Below, one piece after another: positions 41,380 through 55,089 of a DNA stretch of 64,000 bases (position 1 is the first letter of the stretch; every line of letters starts with the position of its first letter). The notes beneath the pieces were generated by a model that was not told the DNA's origin, made no database searches, and saw nothing but the letters and a program-made list of their open reading frames with translations. Position numbers and translations under genes: made by a program. Origin of the DNA: Paramecium tetraurelia (taxonomy: Eukaryota). The stretch covers positions 124,001-188,000 of the forward strand of contig CT868230.1 of assembly GCA_000165425.1 (NCBI GenBank), given 5' to 3'.

Positions 41380-43095
41380 TCAATTTATTTTACTTTTTGT
41401 GGCATGTTATTTCTATTAATTTGTTTTGCTAGTTGTTTTTTTGCTAGTTGTTTTTTTGCTAGTTGTCTTTTTGCCATTTTTATCTTTTTTTTATTGTTAT
41501 TTCAATCTGCTAGTAGCTGATTAAGATCCACATATAAGGGAGTTCCTCCATTGAGAATTATTAGCATTTTCTATTTATAATCTTAGGTTTCTTTATTCTA
41601 AATCATGCTACAACATCATTTGTTATTTTTCTTTTTCTAAATTTTACATTTATAGCCTAACAGTTTCTTATTTCATTTTTTCTATTTCTACTTAATGTTG
41701 TATTTTAAGATTCTCTACTTCAGCTTATCTTTTTTCTTCTTCAGCTTATCTCTTTTCTTCTTCAGCTTATCTTTTTTCTTCTTCTGCTCTTCTTTTATCT
41801 TCTTCAGCTTATCTTTTTTCCTCTTCAGCTTATCTTTTTTCCTCTTCTGCTATTCTTTTTTCTTCTTCTGCTCTTCTTTTTTCCTCTTCTGCTCTTCTTT
41901 TTTCCTCTTCTGCTTTTTAAATTTTTTCTTAATACTATATTCTGATATTAAATAATTTTTGGACTTATTCTAGATTTTATTATGCTAGTTGGTTTATGTT
42001 TTCCAATTGCTAATATCCATCTATGAATTACTCGAATTATTCAAAATATTAGAATATTTTTAAAAAATCGTTGCTGGCTGATTTAAATTTATACTATGTC
42101 AATACTTCACATATTTGTATAAAATTTAAAAACCATTAAGAAGGCGAATAATTATTTGAATTATTCAATAGGCTCTAAAATTATACCAATTATAGATGTA
42201 GCTCTGAATCGTATTTTCCATCGTTTTGATTCTCATCTGAATTGAAAATAGATATAAGCTATTTTCCATATTCTTGAATTATTGTAGTTGCTTTAGAGAT
42301 GATATATTTACTAATGATTTCACTTTTAGGTATTATTCTAGGCTTGATTTGAGTTTTAGTCAATTCTTCAATTTCATTCCAAAAGATATTTCGTTATTCA
42401 TCACTAAAAAATATATCTAAGTCTTCCTAATGAGCAGCTCTTCTTTTTATAAGAATCTTATCAATTAATGATATTAAGTTAGGTTTATCTTTTTCTAGTG
42501 ATTTAACACTTTCTAAATCTTCTTTTATTTTATTTCTTAATTTATCATCTGGCCATTTAGCCATATAACAATTTAAGATTAGATTGATTTTTGGATTATC
42601 CAATTATTTAAGAAATTCTTAAAGGTCAGCCCCTCTGTTTTGAAGAGTATTTTGAGGATTATTTATAACATAAATAACTTTTAATGCACCTAAAGAAACA
42701 ATCTTGTTAAATAAAAGTTCAATTAATAATTGATCCCAATCCCCATTTGTATCCAAAAACCCAGGAAAATCAATAATGAGATGATTATTATTCTTATTGT
42801 GAAAAAAATTTGGCTGTTTCGTAACAGATATCACCCCAGCATTCATTTTAGAAAAGATATTTGAATGATTCTTTAATTCCAATTCTTCATTATGATCAAG
42901 TTTAAATTCTGCTCCACTTAGGAAATTGAAGGTTGTACTTTTCCCAGACCCTGTTGATCCAACAAACAAAACTACAGATCCTTAATTTTTTGTATTTCTT
43001 GTAAATTCTTCTACTAATTGTTAAATGACTGGTATCATGTCTAATAACATCTCTTCCTATGGCATATTATGAGTTTTCTCTTTTGGGTTATCCAT
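41380..43095 (-). CDS. P-loop GTPase (AIG1/GIMAP-like) with charged repeat coiled-coil tail
   Basis: FVGSTGSGKST (G1), SVT (G2), IIDFPGFLDT (G3); intronless-looking code-6 ORF; E/K repeats. Confidence 0.7.
41422..41475 (-). repeat. 15-bp tandem repeat (KKTTS x3) at the GTPase C-terminus
   Basis: ttgctagttgtttttt-like unit repeated three times. Confidence 0.75.
41715..41912 (-). repeat. 21-bp coding tandem repeats (EEEKRRA / EEKKDKL-type heptads) in the GTPase
   Basis: Interleaved units cttcttcagcttatctttttt and cctcttctgctcttctttttt. Confidence 0.85.
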
Positions 43096-43580
43096 GACTA
43101 AAAAATAATATGCTTTAAGTTGATTCAATACTAACTTTATATTTATAGGTAATAGAATTAGCTGAAAATTCAAATTTTATGGAATGAGGATTTTAATTAA
43201 AAATTAAATGAATATTAAAAACGATTGCATTATTCTTATTTGATTACAATAATATTAAATTAATTTGTAAATTCAATCACAAAAAACTACTACTGAATTA
43301 TGACTAATAGTTTATTGAATAATACGAATTTTCGCAAAAATATTATCTTCTTAGTTTCATCTATTGAATAGTAGAAATTAAAAACAATTCCTAAATTCTT
43401 CTTTAATTTAAAATATTAGACCTAAATAATATGAATGGATAAATTCTTCGATATATTAATTATATAAAATTATATTATAATAAAATAATAATCTTTATAA
43501 ATTTAATAAATAACACATAAGTTCTGAATAAATCCTATTATATTAATCTTAAGGTAATAAATATTCTCAATATTCCAGAA

Positions 43581-46534
43581 ATGTAAGAAGAGAAGTAGTA
43601 AAAAATCTCTGAGATATTAATAAAAGCATTTGTTGAAAAATCAAATTTGTAAAAAAATATAATGATAGTTCAAAGGGAATAAAATTATTCCTAACTAGTG
43701 GAAGCGGGGCTACAAACAGAAGAATTTGGATTAGAATTGGATAATGATCTTACTATTTTTTCAGAAAAAATTTCTTAATATTCTGTTAGACGATGTTGCA
43801 GTACTGATGATTTATTTATTATCTTGTATATCAAAGGACAAATTGCATATATTTTTAATGAAGCTATTTAGAGATTGTAAATGATTTATCCAATTAGTGA
43901 TAAATTAATAGATTATCCGAAAAGATAGTGGATTTTTAGAAATATATAATAATAAAATATCTAAAATGGGAATATACAGTTGGAAGTGACAACCATTGTA
44001 ATTGGAATGTCTTTTGGAAGGGAGAAAGAGTAGGAGGAGGCATCTAAGATTAGAATAGCTAAAAGTAGGGTAAATGGATAGAATTATACGAAAATTATAG
44101 TGAGTAAGTAAGCCTTGCTTGTGTTTTCTTTGTTGGAGAGTATGCGGATGGAAAGAGGAAATTGGTTGACTTTGTTTGATGGCAAAATCCTGTAATTAAA
44201 TCTAATCTAATTTAATTGCAATGGGTTGTATGATGAGTATGGACTTAAAACAGGAAATTGGGTTGAATTAAATTCAAATTTTTCAATGTTTCATATTTTG
44301 TAATTTTCGTTCAATTAGTTACAACAAACTATGGTTAAGAGGAGAATATTAAAAAGGACTAAAAATAAATTAATGGGATGCAATTTAAAACTATTAAAAA
44401 TTGTATGTATTTTACATGAAATAGTCCAATTGGATGCTACAATGCAATGCTAAAGGCCTTAAATAAGGATCTTGGAATGACTTGAGTGAAAAATTCATAT
44501 AGTATTATATATTCGCTTATCCAGTTATAAGAAACTTTACGAAAAGGGAGAATACGAAAATGGAAGGAGAATAGGGAAATGATAGATCATAATAAATGAT
44601 TAAGTAGTGTAAGAAATTTTATAGTTTTTTAGTGGTAAAACATTCTATGACTAAAATGGGTTAATATAAGGTAAGTAAATAGAGTTGCTCTAAGATTCAA
44701 CAAGGTATATACAAATATGTTTTAGGTTTTAGAGAAATTGGCTTTATGTAAGAAGGTGAATATTTAAATGGGAAAAGGGTTGGACAATGGTTCATAGTTT
44801 TAGATGAAAAAAAATGTATTTTATTATTGATCGAAATAATTTTAGAGTTGGAGGTGGTTTTTATGATGCTGATGGGTTAAAAATTGGGAAATGGGTTGAA
44901 ATTCTAAAAAAAATGAATTAAATTCCAAGTTTTACATAATAATCGGGCATTATAGTTAAATTTGAAGGGGAATACTTTAAAGGAAAGAGAGTTGGGAATT
45001 GGAAATTGAAATAAAATTAAAAAGCAATGTATAAAATGAGAAATTTAACTATTAGTGGCAGTGGCACATTCAATGAAAATGGTGACAAAAAAGGAAGATT
45101 TATTGAGTTGCACAAGCAAGAAGATTTTTCTGAGTAAATCTATAAATAATTCTAAAATTAGATTCAAGTAAATTTTAAATGTAACAGAATATAAAAATGG
45201 TCAAATAATACGATAATTAGAAACTCAATTATGGGGAAAATGATGTAAAGAGTATGTAGTTATAAAAGTGCTGGAGGTTTTTATGATCTTGATAACCATA
45301 AAACTGGAAAGTGGATTGAGTTAGGAGAAAGATCTGATGGGTAATTATTGATGATTATATAAATGAAGAGTCTCAGATGTGAAATACATAGGATATTACA
45401 TTAATGCAAAAAAAGTGGAAGATGGGAGATTCAATATGATAATAGTATAAGGTAAAAGAGATCTTGAATTCAAAATAGAGGAGGCGGGACTTATGATGAA
45501 AAGAACGAGAAAAATGGTGTATGGGATGAACTTCATTCTAACTTCTAAAGGTTCTCATTATATATCATCCTTTTTATAGTAATAAAGCAATTTAAACTGG
45601 AAATTACCAACATGAAACTAAAGTTGGAAAATGGGAAATAAAATAAAATGGCTATATAATGTATTAAGACAATCTATATTAGTGGAAGTGGGCAAATTGA
45701 TGAAAATGGTTTGAAAAACTCCGAATGGATAGATTTACACATGGATTATTCAGAGTAAGGATCTAAATAATTTAAGATTTACCAAAATCTTCAACATAGA
45801 ATAGTATTAATCTGGTCAATAAATGGGCATAAATTAGAGAATTCACAATAGAAATGTGATGTAATAATCAATGGATAATTAATAGGCAATTAAACTAGAA
45901 TGGATTGAAACATGGAAAATGGATGGAATAACACGAGTTCTACATCCAATAGTAACAAAAATATTAAATATTAGCTAGTAGATAATATTTAATGGAGATT
46001 ATAATAATGGTAGTAAAACTGGAAAATGGGAACTGTGTTTAAAAATAAATTATGTAGATTTTTTGATTTATCCAAAAGTAGTGGGGGTTTTTATGATGAT
46101 AATGGTCTGAAAGTTGGGTTCTGGATTGACTTATGCTAAAATTTCATTAAGTAATATTAATATAATTTATGTAGTGTTCGATAAGTTACTTTTGCAGGGA
46201 AGTACAATCATGGAAATAGAATTGGAAAATGGGATTTGATTTTCAAAGATAACATTATGTAATAAATTCATGTAATTTAGTGGAAGTGGTGAATATTTAG
46301 AATTTGATACTAAATAGGGTGATTGGATAGAATTGGAAAGTTCTTTTTAAGATTATAAATTGAAATTAATAGTTAATTAGTGGTAGATAACGTTTGGAAT
46401 TAGGGAAATACGAAGATGGCAATAAAATTGGAAAATGGATTATAGTGAAAGATTAAGCAAAATTGTAATGCGTTTGATTAACAGTATTTAGAGCTGAAAA
46501 AGAATATGATCTAAATGGATATCAAATTAAATGA
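43581..46534 (+). pseudogene. MORN-variant-like repeat gene A (GGxYDxxGxKxGKWxEL / GEYxxGxKIGKW), intron-rich and disrupted
   Basis: Many repeat modules separated by tiny introns; in-frame TGA at 44580-44582 replacing a conserved Trp, frameshift ~46030, dead donor ~46353. Confidence 0.7.
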
Positions 46535-46701
46535 AAATTTAATAATATCATGATATCAATAATCCAACTTATTTATATTATAAATTTCGATACTTCAAAT
46601 AAATTATCTTATCAAACTTATAATGATTAAAATAGTATTTATACATTCTTACTTTATTATTCGATGAACTACTGTATTAACTGCATTATAGAAAAATTTT
46701 C

Positions 46702-47391
46702 ATTAAGTATTCGAATATATTCACAAATATCTTTAAATGGGATTGTGTATATCATTTAAGCAAATAGTTGGAATCTAATTTTCAAGACTTGGTTGTATCT
46801 CAAATCTCAAAAGGAGAAGAATTTTAGAGATTAATTCTACAATATATGCATGCTCTTTTTTAATTTGTATTTTAGTATTGCTCTTTTCTATTTTTTCATT
46901 AAGAAGTCTAACATGAAAAAAGTAAAGAAAAATGCATCTTAATGAAGGGTTGATATTTGCGAAAAAGGTTTTTTTTCTTTTAGTTTGAGTTGGATTCCAA
47001 AAAAATTGACTTACATAGTCAGTTTTACCTTGATTGATAAATACTTTCTACATAACAATTATTATCCTTGGTTAAATTTTCTCTGAAAATATTGATTTAA
47101 TTTTGATTTTTATGTTTGAAGTGCCAGTTACATTATTTACTTTGCTTAAAATTGCAAATGAACAATCTTATGCAAATTTCTTGGGCTTTAAATGTCAAGT
47201 TTTTATTGAATTTGGGTAGATAGGACTTCTATCTTTTGGGATAATGGCACCATTAATAAAATATATATATCAAATCAATACTAAATTAAAAAGACTAATT
47301 TAAAAATGGATTCAATAAAAAGTAAATAAAAAATAACCTGCAAGTACCTCTCTTTTTTTATGAAATAAATTTTCGTTAAATATAACTTAAT
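46702..47391 (+). pseudogene. Inverted, degenerate copy of the TM-coding 3' end of the Cys-rich gene (55108-55796)
   Basis: Reverse-complement similarity by eye (e.g. tgtttgaagtgccagtta, gggtagatagg); frameshift and TGA in this copy. Confidence 0.8.
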
Positions 47392-47939
47392 GTATATATT
47401 AATATTCTTAAGTTAAAATATTGGCAATAAAACATTAAATTAAAATTAATTCACAATCTCTCTTATATATTTATAGATAACTTTAATAAACTAGTAGGAG
47501 TTGAAAGTATTCATTGGGAAAAGAAAGTAAATTTTCAAAATATATGTTTAAGAAAAATAATTTTTTTTTTCAATATTATAAAATAAAAAATTGAATAGGT
47601 ATTATCAGTTCAAGAATTAAGAAACTCCTAAATCAATTTGAAATACATCCAAAATTTTGACCTAGATAAATTTAATTTCGTTTCAAAACTTAAGTAAAAG
47701 TAGATAAATAAATAATATTAAATGTGAGGATGGTTTTATATTCTAAACTGAAAATGAATTGTTTTAATGTAAGATAGATCTAGCAAAAAACATGGGTATT
47801 ATATGAAATAATATTTTTTAATTTATATAATGATAGATTTAAACATAACAAATAGATATGAGAGATATAAAATTTGAGAATACGATGAGAAATTATTCAA
47901 TTATATTGAAAAACCATCTTACAAAGAGTTAATGATTTC

Positions 47940-49760
47940 ATATTATTTATTAAATTTTAAAACCACCTGGTTTTTCCCCGTTAACATATTCACCGACTAG
48001 GACTTTCTCCTGCCATGACTAACTAGAAAAGTTTTCAACCAAGTCTGTCCATAATCCATTTTTTAATCCTTTTACATAAGTACCACCCCCACTAAGAATA
48101 GTGATTAAAGGAAAATTACATAATCTTTTCTTAATTATCATTAGATTTGTTTCTCCAAATTATATCCCACCAACCATTCTTATTTCCTTTTGTATATTCA
48201 CCAGTCCAAACAAATTAATAATTACTAGAATTGTAGTTATAATATTGAAATACATACTTAAAATATATTTAATGCAACTCACAAGACTTTCCTATTTACA
48301 AACCATTTTCATAATATCCTGTTCCTCTTTAATTTTGATTTATTATTTACATATTTTAATGATTCTCTTAATTATTTATTCTAAAAAGGATTTTCCACTA
48401 TCCTTATTTTAAACCCTCTTCATATACACCAGTCTGAAAAACCTAACATTAACTTAAATAGGATAAAGCTACAATACTTTTGGAAATTAGTATGTAGATC
48501 TACCCATTATTTTATTTTTTTTCCATTAAAATATTGGCCTCCTCCTCTATTAAGATGGTGATCATTATATAATACATATTTATATATTCATCTTATCTGA
48601 TTCCTTTATACAATGTATTCCATTATCCAATTTTTACTCCATTAAAATATTCTCCAGCATAGATTACTTAACATTAACTAAAATATAAATCAATAAATTT
48701 AACTTATGAAAATTATCATGTATTTCCTTCCATCTTCCTATCTTTTTATCATTTAAGTATGAACCTCCACCTCTATTATATTTTAAGAAGTTTTTATACA
48801 TATCTTGATAATCAAATAGTTCAGTCATTTTGAACTAAATCTTCCAAAAACCAATCTTAATTCCATTTTAATAGTCTCCAATCTAAATTACTTAATTTTA
48901 TCTAATAACTCTTAATTGAAAATACTTCCAAAAATTTGATTCTAACTCCACCCATCTTCCATCTTTCAAACCTTTTTAATTATAATTTCCTCCACCCCTA
49001 AAATTTCACAATATTATTACAGTATAATCGATTATTTGCTTTAAATTTCCCATCTCCCAACCTTCTTACCATCTCTATATACTCCAAATTCAAAAACTTA
49101 ACAAAGACTTTAAAATCTATAATTTAATACTCCCAAAATTGTTCAGACACTTCAAATGACCTTCCTTATTATAATCCATCTTTGTCATAAGTGCATAAAC
49201 CTCTTTAAATTAGTTTTTGTAAAATAGCTTAAATTACATTATTTAAAATAATTCCCTTTGTTGGTGTCGATACTATGTTTCCCAAATACCGAATTTCTTT
49301 CCATTTTTGTATTCTCCTATGAGAATAACTTAACACCGACTTATAAAATAGAAAGAGTAATTTACTCCCAATATTAATTGAAAAACTCAACCCATTTCCC
49401 TGTTTTTAAATTACATTAATCATAATATCCTCCAATACCCAACTTTTTACCTTTCCAAAAAGCCTACCAATTTCCACATTTCATATTTTGATTGTTCAGT
49501 TCTCCATCCCATTTAGCATATTTGATCATTTCGATATTCTTGTTTATTTCAATTTTGTCAGTCTTTTTCTCTCTTAAGATTTGTTGATAAAATCAATACT
49601 TTTTTAATATTTCTCCATCCTATAAATAAAATTATTTCATTCTTGCTACTATGCTAAATGATAATTTTAATTTTTCTTAATTGCCAAAAACCGCCAATTA
49701 TTTGATAACCTTATATTGTTTCTACAATTTCCTCTTTAATTATATAAGAAATTTTGATGC
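47940..49760 (-). CDS. MORN-variant-like repeat gene B (possibly pseudogene; ends approximate)
   Basis: Same GG-Y-K-G-W modules, 69-72-bp exons (e.g. 48926-48997); apparent 1-bp frameshift near 49630. Confidence 0.6.
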
Positions 49761-50452
49761 ATTGTTGTAATAAATTAAAGAAGNNNNNNNNNNNNNNNNN
49801 NNNNNNNNNNNNNNNNNNNNNNNNNNNNNNNNNNNNNNNNNNNNNNNNNNNNNNNNNNNNNNNNNNNNNNNNNNNNNNNNNNNNNNNNNNNNNNNNNNNN
49901 NNNNNNNNNNNNNNNNNNNNNNNNNNNNNNNNNTTGCGCGCCATAATTGTTGTAATAAATTAAGAAGTAAAGAATTTAAATTTAATAAAAAATAGATTAT
50001 AAAAAATACACAATTATAAAAATGATTAATTACATTAAAATGTTGTCTTTTCTGAAGGAATTTTAGTAATCAAGAATTATTCATATAATACTAAGCAAAT
50101 GGTAGCTTAAATGTTGATAAAAATTTAGATTTATTCAAATCGAATTTAAAATGAAATTTGATAAATAAATAAACATTTCAAAATTTATTCTAAAAAATAT
50201 CATTTTAAGTAGATTATGGAAGAATGCAATGATTATTTCATATAAAAGTACTCCTTCATAATAAACATGGTTCCCAACACATCTAATTTGAATAAATGAA
50301 ATTTGTGATTATTTTTAATTAATAATTTTATTTATAGTTCCCTGATAATTTCTGTTATCGCAAAAGCATAAAAAGATTATTTTAATTGAACAAGATTAAT
50401 TTAAATAATTATAGTAAATTTTTTCATCATTCAATTACTACTTGTTTAACGA

Positions 50453-52095
50453 ATGACTGAATAGAAATTAGAAATCATTTAATAAAATTAAAAGTAGCAT
50501 TATAAGGAAGGAGTATATAAAATCTTAGGGATAAAAGAAATTGAATAGCCTAGCCGTGTTTCTTTTTTTATACCAGTCTAATATTTAGTAGAGTGTAAGA
50601 ATGGGGAATTCAGATATAGCATGGATGGAGAGATACTTAGAATGTGAGAATTAATTAATTTAGAGAGTAAAATACAAAGTATGCTACGATTCTTACTAAT
50701 ATTGATTAAGTGTAGAAATTAAAATGGGGAACTTAAAATTTACAATATACTGTTAAATGGTGTCCTATTTGGGAAGCAAGAATAATAATAAATGCAGGAG
50801 GAGAAGTAGATAAGAATAATCTTAAAATTGGGAAATGGGTTGAACTATCTGATAATTATTGCAAGTAATAATCATTTTCAAGATATTCATTTTAGTATAT
50901 CCTAAGTTACTCATGAAGGGATATATAATAATGGATTAAGAATTGGAAAATGGGTAACGTATTTTAAAGAAAATATCATGTAATCTATACGAATGTTATT
51001 TATATTAGCTGTGAAGGAGAATATAATTCAAAAGGGGTTGAAATTGGAAATTGGGTACATGTACATGATAGATTTTCAAAGTAAATGCCTAATTTATGTT
51101 TAGCAATTACCAAATAATTTATTAAGGAGAGTATAAAAATGGAAAAAAGTTTGGATAATGGAATATAATAGATATTAGTACTTAAAATAAATTTGTTATG
51201 TATTTCAAATAAACCAAATTTAAAGTGGGGGCGGTCTCTATGGAACTGAAGGAGAAAAAGTAGGAAAATGGACAGAACTCCACAATAATTTTGCGAACTT
51301 TAATAGTTCAAATAAATACGGTTGTTAAATTCTATGGAAAGGCAATTATAGGAATGGAAAAAAGATAGGGAAATGGGATATACTTTATTCAAAAGAACTT
51401 AAGTTTGTAGATAAATATGAATGCATGTAAACATTAATAAAGTGATCCTAGAGGAGGTGGCCTATATGACGAAACAGAATTAAAAAAAGGGATTTGGGTT
51501 GAATTATCTGAGAATTTTAACAAGTATTATTACTTGATTAGTCATATTAGTTGCAGTTAAGTTAGATCTTTTGGAGAATATGATAATGGTAAAAAAATTG
51601 GAAGATGGAATATTTAAATTAGAGATGAGAAAAAAGATAATTTTATAACAATGTAAACTACATATTTCATTATTATAAAGAGGTGGTGGTCAATATGATG
51701 ATGAAGGAAAATAAAAAGGGAAATGGATTGAGTTATATCAGAATTTCAGAAGGTGTCAAAAAAACAATAATTTTTTAGCGACTCCTAACTCAGATTTGTG
51801 GGGGATTATAAGGAAGGAATTAAACAAGGATTCTGGGGATTGTATTTTAGGAATTTTTTTCATAAAAATTTTCAATATTGGTAATTTTTAATTAGTGAAT
51901 TTATTAAGTTCAGTAGGTGCTTATAATTTTGGTTAGAAAAATGGTAAATGGATGGAGTCGGATTTATAGTTGAATTTTACTGCAGTGTATTGGTATTTAC
52001 ATTAATTCAATTTTAATTAATTAAGGAATAAAACTAATTACCATACGGTTCATTATTAGAATGGCAAGTTATTAAGTTTGAAAAAAGTAAATTGA
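50453..52095 (+). CDS. MORN-variant-like repeat gene C, apparently intact, 12 exons
   Basis: Continuous code-6 frame across 11 phase-2 introns; 72-bp exons alternate with 84-105-bp exons. Confidence 0.75.
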
Positions 52096-52759
52096 TAGCA
52101 TAATCCTAATCCTAATATATATCATTTTATAAAGAATTCAGTTGTAATTGATTTAAACAACTGCCTAAAATTGAACATTTTCCATTAATTTTCTAATTTA
52201 TCTTAATTAGCCCTTTGCCAATATTTAGGGATATTGTGTGCAAAGCTTACTTCATCTAAAATATTGATATTCCTTTTCATTGAATTATTGAGTGATAAAA
52301 TAAGAGTGTAAAGTTGAATCCTATCTCAATCGTTTTTCCTAATTTGTATATCCTGTTTAATAAAAAATCTTAAAGAAAATTTGGCTTAATATTTCATAAT
52401 TATTCTAAATGGTTATGATACTTTTATCAAATTACTTAGAAAACAAGCATAAAACTCACAAGGCAAAGTTCTAACTTAAAAAGGAAAACCAGCACCTAAA
52501 ACTAACAGCTCACTAATAAATATAATAGCATGAAATTTTATAAAAACCCATGTAATATTTTGGAATTTTTGATTGAATTATATTATATTTTAGTACACTT
52601 AAGCTGGCCTTGTTACTTATTCATTTTCAGTCATTTATATGTAATATGTTGAAATGAATATTATTGAATTTATCTTTATTTTTATAATTGATATATATAT
52701 CTCTTTATTTTATTGTCTCATAATAAAATTATGATGTAAAGAGAAAAAGACAAGGCATA

Positions 52760-53620
<861 letters not shown>

Positions 53621-53707
53621 AGAATTAGCTTTATGTTTCACAGAAAAATACAACAATTTAAGAAAATTTATTTTTTAATCGTTTTTCTTACCAAAAGTTA
53701 TAATGAT

Positions 53708-54333
53708 ACTCAATTTTAAAATTGTAAATAATAAAAATAATAATAATTAAATCAATAATGCTTTTTATGTAACAAATTTTTAATTTAATATATTAGACTT
53801 AAATAATATGAATGGATAAATTCCTCTATATATTAATTATATAAAACCATATTACAACACCAAAACATAATTCCCGGGGGGGGGGGGTGTGTGGTGTGGG
53901 TGGTTTTTTGGGAGTGAAGTTTATTACATTGAGCTAAATATTGGTTTAGGATATTGATCCAGGCTCAGGTTTACAGCTACTTATATATGATTAATTTGAG
54001 TTTCAAGAAGAAATTATTATTCGGGTAGGATAAGATGGGATTTGTTTAGGTGGGAATTTTTGATAACTTCAGAATTGAAGGAATTTTGTGATTGTTGAAG
54101 ATTCGAATATTTGTGACTTTAAAAGATTCAGATTTGTGTATAGTGTCGAATTGGGTAGTGAATTATGTTTGTTTGAAATTATGTGGGGGAAAAAAAAAAA
54201 ATGGATTTTGAAATGGATGATTTGGAATGGTCGTATTTCTTGTGAATGTTATGGGTGTTGGTATATCAGAGTAAAAGGTTTGAGAAAGATTGGGAATTAT
54301 TATTTTTTGATTTGGTATATTATTGATATTTTG
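53708..54333. repeat. Degraded direct duplicate of 54484-55075 flanking a gap (probable low-quality read/assembly artefact)
   Basis: Colinear match with many substitutions toward G/T and a poly-G stretch; abuts N run. Confidence 0.75.
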
Positions 54334-55089
54334 NNNNNNNNNNNNNNNNNNNNNNNNNNNNNNNNNNNNNNNNNNNNNNNNNNNNNNNNNNNNNNNNNNN
54401 NNNNNNNNNNNNNNNNNNNNNNNNNNNNNNNNNNNNNNNNNNNNNNNNNNNNNNNNNNNNNNNNNNNNNNNNNNNNNNNNNNNCTCATTTTAAATTGTAA
54501 TAATAAAATAATAATAATTAAATCAATAATGCTTTTATGTAACAAATTTTTAATTTAATATATTAGACTTAAATAATATGAATGGATAAATCCCCCCATA
54601 TCTCCATTATATACAATTATATTATACTCATATATTCTATAAATTATTTTTTAGAAAAGAAAATAATAACATTCAGCTAACTATTCCTTTAGAATATTAA
54701 TCCAAACTCAGGTTTACCGCTACTTATCTATGATTAATTTGAGTTTCAAGACGAAATTATTATTCGAGTAGGATAAAATCAAATTTGTTTAGGTCAAAAT
54801 TTTTGATCACTTCAAAATTGAAGGAATTTTGTAATTCTTAAAGATCAGAATATTTGCGCCTTTACAAGATTCAAATTTGTGTATAGTATCCAATTGGAAA
54901 ATAAATTATATTTCTTTAAACTTATATTTTGAAAAAATCTATTATGCATTCTGAAATGAATGATTCCAAATCCTCCTATTTCTTGTAAATATTATAAATT
55001 TTGATCTATCAAAGTCAAAGGTTTGAGACAGATTGGGAATTATTATTTTTTAATTTAATATATTATTGATATTTTAATCTAAGACTATT

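Noticed and set aside
41715..41912. Short repeats as a CRISPR-like array
   Set aside because: Contiguous coding heptad repeats with no unique spacers, in a eukaryotic context
41695..41955. F/S-rich plus-strand ORF in the ORF track
   Set aside because: It is the antisense of the E/K repeat in the minus-strand GTPase
44580..44582. TGA at conserved Trp positions (also 60406) suggesting UGA=Trp recoding
   Set aside because: Other genes use TGG for Trp and end in TGA; both cases sit in copies with other lesions or truncation, so simple nonsense mutation suffices
53874..53912. G/T-rich run resembling a telomere or G-quadruplex
   Set aside because: Not regular G3T3/G4T2 repeats; it lies in a degraded duplicate of 54484-55075 next to a gap, consistent with poor base calls
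53708..55075. Tandem ~600-bp duplication
   Set aside because: The copies flank an N gap and one is noisy; most likely an unmerged contig overlap. Short overlaps at the 49784 and 62028 gaps look similar
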